NCBI GenBank assembly: GCA_963662405.2 | Contig: CAXXKT010000001.1 | Span: 128,001 to 192,000, forward strand | From: Syntrophales bacterium | GTDB taxonomy: Bacteria > Desulfobacterota > Syntrophia > Syntrophales > UBA2210 | Direction: 5' to 3' | DNA length: 64,000 bases | Shown: piece by piece, positions 29,028 through 38,559 of the stretch | How positions within the stretch are numbered: position 1 is the stretch's first letter | How the letters are laid out: the number at the start of each line of letters is the position of its first letter | The notes under the pieces: generated by a model | The model's database searches: none | What the model was told of the DNA's origin: nothing | Seen by the model: the letters and a program-made list of their open reading frames with translations, nothing else | Program-made: the position numbers and the translations under genes

Positions 29028-30248
29028 TCATCCAAATGAAAAAGACGTATTCTTGCTAAATACTTTTATCTCACCATCGGCGGAGATTTTCACAGAAAGC
29101 CCATAATCTTTCAGTGTGTTCGCTGCTGCAAGTCGCGCACCTCCGTCTGACCCTGCTTCCAGCTTAAGTATCGCTCCTGCAGAAATAAACTTTCCTGTAG
29201 CATCAAGAACCACCGCACCGTCAATACCGAGAATTTCTTGCCTCAATCTTCTATCTGTATTTTGAAAGGTAGCATTATTTATAGCCGCTAATAATACCTT
29301 GGTTTTGATAGATCGATTATTTTCGAAATGATCTGATTCATTAACCCTTTGATCATCATGAAATTTTTTAGATTTCGCCTTTTGAAGTATCCCGATGCAA
29401 GCACCAGTACGTGCAAATGAAACGTCAATGATTGACTCATAAAGGCTTTCCCTCAGATTTCTATCAAGTTTCCTGCTTTTAAACGCTAATTGTCTTAATA
29501 CTGAATTGTAAGCGAATAGCCTCCATTCCCCTCTTCTTTTAGCAAATATGAGGGTCCCAGAGTTGAAAACTAATATTTCGCCATTTCTATTTAATATAAG
29601 GGCGATCTTGTTGTTTCCCTCAGTATATTTTGCAAAGGTGGTGTAGCGGAAAGGTGAGTTGTGAGTTTCTGGTGCGAGGTTAAGTGTTTGGTATCCAATA
29701 AGATTATTTCCGATGGAAAATTCCACCAATGTATCGTACCCATTTGTCAATACCTTCGAAAAATCATTCTTTGTATATTCTTCAAAAGTTGTACCATTTG
29801 ACGAAATAACATTCATATCAATGCCAATAGATACAGCTATCCTATTACCTTCATATGTCTCTCCTGACCAACGTTCCAATTTTTCAATAAATCTGGCTAT
29901 CTCCAGAATTTTATTAGAATCGTCATCCTCAACCAAAGATTTTGCTATAACCCTACTAACAGTGTTCGATATCAGATACTTTTGAATTTGTTCATCAAGT
30001 GTTGCATAATCATTAGCTATATTAAATACATCTCTGATAATTTTTGTTTCATTAGATTCAAAAGGTTGGGCTCTATAAACAATATACCGTCCTCCTTCTT
30101 CACAAAGAATCCCAATTTTAGAGCCTCCGCTTAGGTGTGATACATCTTTCTTCTGATTTCCTGAATCTTGTTCAAAAGATATATCAATACCAGAGAAAAA
30201 TTTAACAATTTGGTTAGAGAGTATAAAGTCAACTAAATCTTTTTTCAC
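29028..30248 (-). CDS. Cassette protein with C-terminal DisA_N/diadenylate-cyclase-like domain
   Basis: TGACIG, IDGAVVLD..G, GGARLAAA, VKISADG. Confidence 0.75.
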   Translation of the reverse strand: MKKDLVDFILSNQIVKFFSGIDISFEQDSGNQKKDVSHLSGGSKIGILCEEGGRYIVYRAQPFESNETKIIRDVFNIANDYATLDEQIQKYLISNTVSRVIAKSLVEDDDSNKILEIARFIEKLERWSGETYEGNRIAVSIGIDMNVISSNGTTFEEYTKNDFSKVLTNGYDTLVEFSIGNNLIGYQTLNLAPETHNSPFRYTTFAKYTEGNNKIALILNRNGEILVFNSGTLIFAKRRGEWRLFAYNSVLRQLAFKSRKLDRNLRESLYESIIDVSFARTGACIGILQKAKSKKFHDDQRVNESDHFENNRSIKTKVLLAAINNATFQNTDRRLRQEILGIDGAVVLDATGKFISAGAILKLEAGSDGGARLAAANTLKDYGLSVKISADGEIKVFSKNTSFSFG

Positions 30249-30262
30249 ATCTGCTCCTTATA

Positions 30263-30299
30263 TACCAACAATGTTTATCTGGATCCTGATAAAAACCTA
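30263..30299 (-). other. attI-like site, array 2
   Basis: TAGGTTTTTATCAGGATCCAGATAAACATT-GTTGGTA; GTTGGTA pairs with TGCCAAC of the first attC. Confidence 0.7.
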
Positions 30300-30561
30300 A
30301 ACACGGCAGTTTTGCTGTATGAAGCCTCTCACGAAAAACAAAAAGCCCCACCTCTCTTTGATGAGAAACAGGGCTTTGATAATCAGACCATAATCCACTC
30401 CTTGGTTACAGCCAGTCACAAGCAGAAAAAATCAAGATCAAGATTTCATCTAGCTAACTCTATGATGATGTATTGTCAAGAGATTTTACCATGAGACCTT
30501 CAATCAGTATTCATCGATTTTCTTCTGGAATTATTTTGAGCAGTAGTAGATACCGTTCTTG

Positions 30562-31530
30562 TCAAGCGAAAGCTGGTTTATAATTTGGGTCATACTTTTT
30601 GCCGGATTTCAGGATTCCAAAGATAATGTGCACCAGCTTCCTCATTATCGCACAGACAATCACTTTCCCGTTTTTTCCTTTCTCTTTAAGGCGATTATAA
30701 AAAGCAATCATAACGGGATTACATTGGATCGATACCAGTGCCGGCATATACAGAGCTTTTCTGAGCCGCGCATGTCCGATTTTGCATAACCTGGGTTTGC
30801 CTTTAATAGATGATCCTGAAAGTGTTTCCCGTGGCGCAAGCCCGATGAACGCCACCAGTTCCCGCACATGACTGAATTTGTCCAGATCATCCAATTCTGC
30901 CAGGATGTGAGGAATGGTTGCCGTGCCGATACCTGGAATGGAAGCCAAGAGCCCTTTCTTGTTTTTCAGGTTCGGATCCCGATCAATTAGATCAGCAATC
31001 TGTTCCCTGATTTTCTCTATTTCCTTATCAAGATAGTTAATGTGTTCTCTGATCAATGGAATAACTGATTCATGAGCTGCACTTATTCGATTCTTCTCCT
31101 GACTTCGCATGTTGATCAGACTGTCAACTCGCCTGACCAACGCCCTCAGGGCTCTGATCTCCGGTGAGGGTGGACTCCAGGGATCTGGTCTCATAGCCAG
31201 ACAGAATCTGGCAATCAAGGCTGCATCAACCTTATCCGTCTTGGTGCGAATCAACTCGCTCTGGCCAAACCCTTTGATGCGAGCGGGATTGACAACACTG
31301 ACCACATGGCCGGTTTCATGGAGATAGATCGCCAATTCCTCTCCATAGTTGCCGGTCGCCTCAAGGCAGGCATGTACCTTATGAACTCCCTGTCTCTCCA
31401 GCCAGATCGTCAGTGTCTCAAAACCTTCCACCGTATTTTTGCAGGTTTTGTGTTTTGTCTTCCCCTCTACAAGAAGTGCAACGTCGAATTTCTGTTTTGC
31501 GATATCTATCCCAAGAACCGATACTGACAT
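30562..31530 (-). CDS. IS110 transposase (IS621-like size)
   Basis: LGIDIAK, LEATG, KTDKVDA, GLAP...SGSS. Confidence 0.96.
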   Translation of the reverse strand: MSVSVLGIDIAKQKFDVALLVEGKTKHKTCKNTVEGFETLTIWLERQGVHKVHACLEATGNYGEELAIYLHETGHVVSVVNPARIKGFGQSELIRTKTDKVDAALIARFCLAMRPDPWSPPSPEIRALRALVRRVDSLINMRSQEKNRISAAHESVIPLIREHINYLDKEIEKIREQIADLIDRDPNLKNKKGLLASIPGIGTATIPHILAELDDLDKFSHVRELVAFIGLAPRETLSGSSIKGKPRLCKIGHARLRKALYMPALVSIQCNPVMIAFYNRLKEKGKNGKVIVCAIMRKLVHIIFGILKSGKKYDPNYKPAFA

Positions 31531-31574
31531 ACTACAATACTCCCTCGTACATTAATCTAATCTCCAGTAAAATA

Positions 31575-31735
31575 GCTTCGTTCGAATCAACCTTGTAAGT
31601 GCAAACTCATTCCCATCTGAGAAGGTTTATGATACCGTACGAGTTATTGAACAAAGCTGTGGGAAGAGGATCTACTCTACAAATCATGCTCTCTGGCATC
31701 AGGTGAAACACAGATTCACTCTCCCCATTTTACCC
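31575..31735 (-). ncRNA. Putative bridge RNA of IS110 copy A; ends approximate
   Basis: Two loops with segments matching target (GTTTCACCT, GTAG) and donor junction (ACGGTATCA, ACAAG). Confidence 0.7.
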
Positions 31736-31875
31736 CAGTGTCTCAAGATCTCTTATATCTCCTAATCCCCTTCTAGAACACAAGGTGCTATACGTAACAA
31801 AATGGTGGTTGCAACTGAGCCATCATAGGTTCATCATCTATCTGTATTTCCTGTTGATTTGGTGGGAAGGAGAGA

Positions 31876-33039
31876 GTGATGAGCCAAAAAGCCACAGAAA
31901 CGTATTCTGTCTTATCTCCGTCATCCCTGACTGGTTTGAGAAACACCGATCATGGTGAGGGGATACAGCACACCGTTGTTTTCAAACCGGGCATTCCTGA
32001 AAAAACAGGGTGCATTGAGGGCCTTCGATACCAGCAACAGTCAAAAGCACTTCGATGGGCATTAGATCGTATTGCGGCCTGGAACCTGCCTGGCACGGAG
32101 CATGTTGAGGAATATTTTCGGAGCATGTATCGGCGGAACTTCAGGCCCAGAACATACGCTAGCAACTTGGCAGCGATTCATGTCTTTCTCACCGTTGTCA
32201 GGGATTCGGGAAAGGCCCATTTGGAAGAGGTTACCAAAGGTGACATTGAAGCCTTTATCGAGCATGAGCAGGATCGAGGGTTGATGTTATCAACAGTACG
32301 GACGAGGCTGCATTGCGTCAATGCCTTTTTAGGCTATGCAATAGATTCAGGTATTGTTGGCACCGATGTCCTGGCACGAAGGATCCGCCTGAAAAAGCCG
32401 GAGACATTGCCTCGAGCCATAGATCCTGATGACGTCAAGCTTCTTCTCTCCGTTATCGATCATCCCAGAGATCGAGCCATGGTCACGGTACTTCTACGGA
32501 CGGGAATGAGAATCGGCGAGTTACTCGGTACCATGGTACGGGATCTTCACATGAAAGACCGGAGGGTTGATATTTACGAAGGGGAGAAGAATCGTATCGG
32601 GAGAGTGGTCTATCTCAGCGATGATGCGGTCAGTACTTTGAAGGCATGGCTCAAGATGAGAGATGCCCATAAGGAGTTTCTCTTTTATGCCCGAGGTAAA
32701 AGTAGCATGTCTTACAGCACTGCTCGTCAGATATTTGTAGATTATCTCACGAAAGCCGGTCTTGCTTATAAGGGATACTCCCTTCATGCGCTTCGCCATA
32801 CCTTTGCCAGTGAGCTACTAAATGCCGGTATGAGGATCGAGTGTCTCCAGCCACTGATGGGGCATACATCTCTGGATGTCACCAGGCGCTATGCACGGCT
32901 TACGGACAAGACAAGAGAGGGAGAGTACTTCAGAGCCATGACAATCATAGAAAGGGGGAAAATTGATGGACATTACCGATGCGATCATCAGGTACAGGCG
33001 TTTCTTGAAGAGAAGGAACATCTCACCGAACACTATTAA
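31876..33039 (+). CDS. Tyrosine recombinase A
   Basis: TGMRIGE, HALRH, LMGH, TRRY; paralogue of 3360-4532. Confidence 0.92.
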   Translation: MMSQKATETYSVLSPSSLTGLRNTDHGEGIQHTVVFKPGIPEKTGCIEGLRYQQQSKALRWALDRIAAWNLPGTEHVEEYFRSMYRRNFRPRTYASNLAAIHVFLTVVRDSGKAHLEEVTKGDIEAFIEHEQDRGLMLSTVRTRLHCVNAFLGYAIDSGIVGTDVLARRIRLKKPETLPRAIDPDDVKLLLSVIDHPRDRAMVTVLLRTGMRIGELLGTMVRDLHMKDRRVDIYEGEKNRIGRVVYLSDDAVSTLKAWLKMRDAHKEFLFYARGKSSMSYSTARQIFVDYLTKAGLAYKGYSLHALRHTFASELLNAGMRIECLQPLMGHTSLDVTRRYARLTDKTREGEYFRAMTIIERGKIDGHYRCDHQVQAFLEEKEHLTEHY

Positions 33040-33859
33040 GAACTATTTGAATAGTCTCAAACGGTTTGTGATCTGGCTCGATGTACCGATCGAGGAGGTT
33101 ACATACCATAAGATTACAGCGTATATAGATTGCATGATCGGCCAACGGTTACGTCCGAAGACTATCAACTGTCATCTGAATACGGTTTGTCAGTTTTATC
33201 ACTACCTCATCGAAGAGGAAGGGCTCCCGATCGTGAATCCTGTCAGGAAACCAAATATCATGAAACTCCCCCGGGGACTTCCCAAACATCTCAGAGAAGA
33301 CCACATAGATATCCTCTTCAATCATCTGAAAGGATATCGGGATCGAGCCATGTTTACGCTCATGCTCCGATGTGGCCTGCGAGTGGAAGAAGTGGCTCAT
33401 CTTTCACTCGGCAACATTGATCTTAAACGCAGAATGCTCCTCATCCAGGATGGCAAGGGTGCCAAAGATCGAATTGTCTATATCAGTAACGATGCCCTTC
33501 ATGCTCTCGTGAAATATCTCTGGGTGAGGCCCGCAAACAAAGTAAGGAGGGTTTTTCTGGTAGAGAAAGGGCCATGCACGGGACGTCCTCTCTCCATTCG
33601 CGGCATTCAAAAGCGCATGGAGTATTATGCGCGTAAAACAGGACTCAAGATATCCTGTCACCATCTTCGTCATACAATGGCCACTCAGATGTTGAATGCA
33701 GATGCTGATCTGTCTACCATCCAGGATCTCTTGGGACATAACTCAATCAGGACAACACAACGATACTGCCGAATATCAAATCTCAAAGTACAGAGAGATT
33801 ACTACAAAGCCATGGAGGTGATCATGCAGAAGACGGCTGGCAACTCAAATAATCCTTGA
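32966..33859 (+). CDS. Tyrosine recombinase B
   Basis: CGLRVEE, GKGAKDR, HHLRH, LLGH, TQRY; paralogue of 4438-5331. Confidence 0.92.
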   Translation: MDITDAIIRYRRFLKRRNISPNTIKNYLNSLKRFVIWLDVPIEEVTYHKITAYIDCMIGQRLRPKTINCHLNTVCQFYHYLIEEEGLPIVNPVRKPNIMKLPRGLPKHLREDHIDILFNHLKGYRDRAMFTLMLRCGLRVEEVAHLSLGNIDLKRRMLLIQDGKGAKDRIVYISNDALHALVKYLWVRPANKVRRVFLVEKGPCTGRPLSIRGIQKRMEYYARKTGLKISCHHLRHTMATQMLNADADLSTIQDLLGHNSIRTTQRYCRISNLKVQRDYYKAMEVIMQKTAGNSNNP

Positions 33860-33950
33860 CGGGATAGAGGATTTATGAAACTTTAAACACAGCATAACAC
33901 CATAATATCAATGGTAAATATAGATTATGTTACGTATAGGTAGGTGCAAG

Positions 33951-34151
33951 ATGTGAGGTCCGGTGTAGCAGGGGCAGAGCTAGTGTTTGGTTGCGCTGTG
34001 CTTCCTGTTGTCAAGCTTCCAGTTAAGAGGGTTGTGCTTTATTACAAACGGTAATGGTTGACATACTGTAGTGCCGTTGGGAAACCAAGTGGAAAACGGA
34101 GTAAACAAGTCTAATCAACATGTAGAATCGAGAGAAAACGGTCTATTTGAC
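33951..34151 (+). mobile_element. Possible degenerate, internally deleted group II intron relic
   Basis: 5' similar to 37358 (GTGTG start); 3' GGGAAACCAAGTGG...GGTCTATTTGAC resembles an intron domain VI end. Confidence 0.4.
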
Positions 34152-35048
34152 GCAATCCAATCCCAAGTGATGGGAAAAGTATTGTCGCTCCGCTAACAGG
34201 TTCAGAAAAGTCGCCACTTCTTCAAATACATCACGGGATATCTCGCCTCTTACGATACCATGAAGATGAAAATGAACATCCCGATAAATTTTGTCGGTAG
34301 ATGAAATCCGATCATAGATTCTCCTACCGCTCCGACTTGCCACCTTGGGATCGTTTTTCGATTGAATGATCAGTGCGGGTATGGACAAAGCGGGAAGAGC
34401 CCCGTATACTTTTTTCATTAACGCCTTAACTTGAACGATGCTCCTGACGGGACAACGGTGATAGTTGATATGCGGGTTGTCAGGATGATTGGCAACAAAA
34501 TCCCTGCGCATGCGTTTAATGCCCATGACGCGAAGCAACCTATTCCACTGGTCAAGCATTTCTGCAAAACAGGAAGAGATGCCCTTAAACTTCAGAGGAG
34601 CATTGACAGAAATCACCGCCGCAAATGCTTCGGGATTGCTGAGAGCTTGATACAGGGCCAACCCGGCACCGGTTGAGAAACCGGCCACAATGATTTGATC
34701 GCAGCAGGTTTTCAGGATGGCGTGTCCACGGTTTACGGACTCAACCCAATCTTCATAGCTGCGCTGTGACAGATCGACTGCTGAAGTTCCATGACCTGCC
34801 AGCCGGGGTGCATAGACAGTATACTCTTGGGAATATAAAAAATCTGCCCATTCACGAACCTCCTCCGGTGCGGCCATAAGACCATGAATCAGGAGCACTC
34901 CCCGATTTGTCCCCTCATGATTAAGCAGATAGGGCTCCCCAATATGACGGCCCTTTGTTTCCCCTGCCAGGAAGTGTTCTTTATAATCCCTTTCAAAAAG
35001 CAGAGATTCTTGGTGGATAAGTCGCTTACATTCGGCTGAGACCAACAT
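34143..35048 (-). CDS. Alpha/beta-hydrolase (carboxylesterase/lipase)
   Basis: LIHG, LAGHG, GFSTG nucleophile motif, Asp and His candidates. Confidence 0.88.
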   Translation of the reverse strand: MLVSAECKRLIHQESLLFERDYKEHFLAGETKGRHIGEPYLLNHEGTNRGVLLIHGLMAAPEEVREWADFLYSQEYTVYAPRLAGHGTSAVDLSQRSYEDWVESVNRGHAILKTCCDQIIVAGFSTGAGLALYQALSNPEAFAAVISVNAPLKFKGISSCFAEMLDQWNRLLRVMGIKRMRRDFVANHPDNPHINYHRCPVRSIVQVKALMKKVYGALPALSIPALIIQSKNDPKVASRSGRRIYDRISSTDKIYRDVHFHLHGIVRGEISRDVFEEVATFLNLLAERQYFSHHLGLDCVK

Positions 35049-35109
35049 CGTTATTGAAGACCTTGTGCTAATGCCTGAATGATCGGTTTATTCAAAATCT
35101 TTAATGCCA

Positions 35110-35760
35110 CTAGGCGATCTTTTGGAAATAGACGATGTAAATCATCGCATAGTGAAGCCCACTTCCGATCAGAACCATGACGTGAAACAGCTCATGAAAG
35201 CTGAAGATTCCTGGAACAAGCTTCGGTTTCTTTATTGCATAGATTAAACCGCCCAGTGTAAAAAACGCCCCACCGGTAAATAACAAAATCCCTGGCACGA
35301 GGGTCATGGATGGCAGCATCTGTTTAATCGGAATGAGCGAGAGACAGCCCATGATGAAATAAATAATGAAATAAAGAACTCTAGGTGCCCGAGGGAAAAA
35401 AAGTTGAGAGACAAGACCGAATCCCACAAGTCCCCACTGGACTGCAATCATTGACCAACGCCAAGGACCATCTAGGTACATATAACAGACAGGCGTTGAA
35501 GTTCCGGCGATCATGCAAAAGATGGCGAGGCGGTCCATTCTTCTCCAGAAAGACAGCTCATTTTCCCTTTTCTTGAAGGCGTGGTAAAGTGAACTCGCTA
35601 AGAAAAGAAAGATCACTGAGCTCCCATAAATCAATGCAACAATCAACGCTGCAATCGAATAGCATGCGACTATCACTAAAAATACAGTGCCGACCACCGC
35701 CGCAATGACGCCTACCAGATGTGAATAGACATTAAAAGCTTCCTGGATTCTTATGCGCAT
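35110..35760 (-). CDS. Hemolysin III / PAQR family membrane protein
   Basis: N.YSH, SSLYH, D..AIF..IAGT.TP, HELFH. Confidence 0.92.
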   Translation of the reverse strand: MRIRIQEAFNVYSHLVGVIAAVVGTVFLVIVACYSIAALIVALIYGSSVIFLFLASSLYHAFKKRENELSFWRRMDRLAIFCMIAGTSTPVCYMYLDGPWRWSMIAVQWGLVGFGLVSQLFFPRAPRVLYFIIYFIMGCLSLIPIKQMLPSMTLVPGILLFTGGAFFTLGGLIYAIKKPKLVPGIFSFHELFHVMVLIGSGLHYAMIYIVYFQKIA

Positions 35761-36031
35761 GATTCTTTCCTTTTATCTGGTTTGCTTTGCCAGCAAAGGG
35801 GATTTTTGATGTCAGACCCGATAAAAAAAACTACCATAGCAATCTGTCCATCACATCTATACCACATGTTAATTTAGAATACTGTCATTTTACATTGCTT
35901 AATGCAGATAATTCGTTGTCACTGTATGAAAGTAATTCCATGGACTATATGACCTGAATATTTTATATCCAAGTCGAGATCTTTCAATCCGCAATCATCA
36001 GTATGCGAAGTTTTCAAGGATATTTGTTTGT

Positions 36032-37268
36032 AGATACCGTTCTTGTCAAGCGAAAGCTGGTTTATAATTTGGGTCATACTTTTTGCCGGATTTCAGGATT
36101 CCAAAGATAAGGTGCACCAGCTTCCTCATTATCGCACAGACAATCACTTTCCCGTTTTTTCCTTTCTCTTTAAGGCGATTATAAAAAGCAATCATAACGG
36201 GATTACATTGGATCGATACCAGTGCCGGCATATACAGAGCTTTTCTGAGCCGCGCATGTCCGATTTTGCATAACCTGGGTTTGCCTTTAATAGATGATCC
36301 TGAAAGTGTTTCCCGTGGCGCAAGCCCGATGAACGCCACCAGTTCCCGCACATGACTGAATTTGTCCAGATCATCCAATTCTGCCAGGATGTGAGGAATG
36401 GTTGCCGTGCCGATACCTGGAATGGAAGCCAAGAGCCCTTTCTTGTTTTTCAGGTTCGGATCCCGATCAATTAGATCAGCAATCTGTTCCCTGATTTTCT
36501 CTATTTCCTTATCAAGATAGTTAATGTGTTCTCTGATCAATGGAATAACTGATTCATGAGCTGCACTTATTCGATTCTTCTCCTGACTTCGCATGTTGAT
36601 CAGACTGTCAACTCGCCTGACCAACGCCCTCAGGGCTCTGATCTCCGGTGAGGGTGGACTCCAGGGATCTGGTCTCATAGCCAGACAGAATCTGGCAATC
36701 AAGGCTGCATCAATCTTATCCGTCTTGGTGCGAATCAACTCGCTCTGGCCAAACCCTTTGATGCGAGCGGGATTGACAACACTGACCACATGGCCGGTTT
36801 CATGGAGATAGATCGCCAATTCCTCTCCATAGTTGCCGGTCGCCTCAAGGCAGGCATGTACCTTATGAACTCCCTGTCTCTCCAGCCAGATCGTCAGTGT
36901 CTCAAAACCTTCCACCGTATTTTTGCAGGTTTTGTGTTTTGTCTTCCCCTCTACAAGAAGTGCAACGTCGAATTTCTGTTTTGCGATATCTATCCCAAGA
37001 ACCGATACTGACATACTACAATACTCCCTCGTACATTAATCTAATCTCCAGTAAAATAGCTTCGTTCGAATCAACCTTGCAAGTGCAAACTCATTCCCAT
37101 CTGAGAAGGTTTATGATACCGTACGAGTTATTGAACAAAGCTGTGGGAAGAGGATCTACTCTACAAATCATGCTCTCTGGCATCAGGTGAAACACAGATT
37201 CACTCTCCCCATTTTACCCCAGTGTCTCAAGATCTCTTATATCTCCTAATCCCCTTCTAGAACACAAG
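36032..37268 (-). mobile_element. IS110-family element, copy B
   Basis: Differs from copy A by a few SNPs; target GT-AG-GTG. Confidence 0.93.
36046..37014 (-). CDS. IS110 transposase
   Basis: Two amino-acid differences from copy A (KTDKI/V, VHL/I). Confidence 0.96.
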   Translation of the reverse strand: MSVSVLGIDIAKQKFDVALLVEGKTKHKTCKNTVEGFETLTIWLERQGVHKVHACLEATGNYGEELAIYLHETGHVVSVVNPARIKGFGQSELIRTKTDKIDAALIARFCLAMRPDPWSPPSPEIRALRALVRRVDSLINMRSQEKNRISAAHESVIPLIREHINYLDKEIEKIREQIADLIDRDPNLKNKKGLLASIPGIGTATIPHILAELDDLDKFSHVRELVAFIGLAPRETLSGSSIKGKPRLCKIGHARLRKALYMPALVSIQCNPVMIAFYNRLKEKGKNGKVIVCAIMRKLVHLIFGILKSGKKYDPNYKPAFA

Positions 37269-37350
37269 GTGAAACACAGATTCACTCTCCCCATTTTACC
37301 CCAGTGTCTCAAGATCTCTTATATCTCCTAATCCCCTTCTAGAACACAAG
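37187..37350. repeat. Exact 82-bp tandem duplication of the IS110 left end
   Basis: 37187-37268 equals 37269-37350. Confidence 0.95.
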
Positions 37351-37357
37351 GTGAAAA

Positions 37358-37620
37358 GTGTGAGATCCGGTATAGTAGGGGCAGATCGAGTGTTTTGCTG
37401 CACCATTCTTCCTCCTTGATACAATTCAAATTGAAGCAATTGTCAAAGATTGTTTTCAGGAAGGGTTTGCCCTGACCAAAGGAGTCCTCGGCCCAAAAGG
37501 ATGGAACCCGGAAGCCGATTAAGACGGGTAGATGGTAAATCCTGCTTGGACATTGTTATTGGTTTTGAAGACCCTCGACAGAAAGAATGCAAGCCCACCT
37601 GAAAAGGCTCAAGCTAAGAC
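37358..37620 (+). mobile_element. Possible group II intron 5' fragment; right end approximate
   Basis: GTGTG start; similar to 33951; GAACCCGGAAGCCGA...GGTAAA domain-I-like segment; no RT ORF. Confidence 0.4.
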
Positions 37621-38093
37621 CAAGGCGGGAGTGATGGGGTCCGAAATATGCTTTCGCGGTGTGTTAAGGTGGCATTTATCATCTTGATATGAAATGACTT
37701 TCTCGACATGATATATGGTCACATATCCACTGGCTGACGGTCTTGACACTCCTTCCTGCCCGTTTCCATATCCTGGGTTAGGCCTTTTTTTCAAAGAAAA
37801 GGCTTGATTATCTCAAAACGCGAGTATAACTTTATTTGGAGGATGTTGTGTATTTCAACAGTTCTAGAAAATATCTGACTCAGAGGTTCCTATAGCGAAA
37901 TATCCAAGCCCCATTTCTCGCAATAGAGAGGATGGGTTTTGTGTTTTCAGGAGGACTCCTTGCCCGATCAGCGGGTAGGAAAGGTCAGGTGAATTAAGGT
38001 GAACGTTTTTTATGCGTGCGGTGCGCATTGGACACTTTGGAGTGCTCGCGCAATCGAATCGAAAACCATGTAGGACATCAGAGGAGAGGATAC

Positions 38094-38546
38094 ATGAAAA
38101 TCTTCAGATTCACTTTGACGGTCTGGGTGGCCCTGATGCTGTTGATGTTTGTTGCAGGGGGTACCGCCGTGGCGGAAGCAGGGTCCCTGCAGGATGACTA
38201 TGAGATAGTTATCAGGGACAGCGTCAACTGGTTTGTGATGCTCAATCATGTCGAAACGGATAACAACCTCATCAGGTACAAGGGAATTCTGTTTTACACT
38301 TATAGCGGCAGAGACATTCAGGGCGAGGCCAAAGCGGTTTATAATGCAAACCCCGACGTCTTGACCATCCAGTGCGAAGACACCTACGATGAGGCCGAGC
38401 CCGACATGATGGCTTACGGGTTTGTGTTTGACACCACAACGTCGAGACATATGCGGGGCGGGTGGGCCTATCTCAAGGCAAAGTGGCAGGGAGGTACCGC
38501 GGCGAGATTGATCAAGGGCACAATCGGTACGCATAGCGCCGATTGA
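38094..38546 (+). CDS. Hypothetical secreted protein
   Basis: GAGGAGAGG RBS; signal peptide ending AEA. Confidence 0.75.
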   Translation: MKIFRFTLTVWVALMLLMFVAGGTAVAEAGSLQDDYEIVIRDSVNWFVMLNHVETDNNLIRYKGILFYTYSGRDIQGEAKAVYNANPDVLTIQCEDTYDEAEPDMMAYGFVFDTTTSRHMRGGWAYLKAKWQGGTAARLIKGTIGTHSAD

Positions 38547-38559
38547 GGGAGGCCGATGC

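Larger units (their letters stand above)
30548..31784 (-). mobile_element. IS110-family element, copy A (1237 bp including both AG cores)
   Basis: Near-identical to 36032-37268; target GT-AG-GTG. Confidence 0.93.
31788..33939 (+). mobile_element. Dual tyrosine-recombinase element, copy 2 (diverged from copy 1)
   Basis: IRs CTATACGTAACA / TGTTACGTATAG; 7-bp repeat GTAGGTG at 33940-33946, left copy split by IS110. Confidence 0.85.

Noticed and set aside
28937..29035. N-terminal extension of ORF 28334..29035
   Set aside because: It reads through the attC; an RBS-supported start lies at 28936.
37187..37350. CRISPR array, here or anywhere in the window
   Set aside because: Two contiguous units without spacers; no repeat-spacer pattern or cas genes seen.
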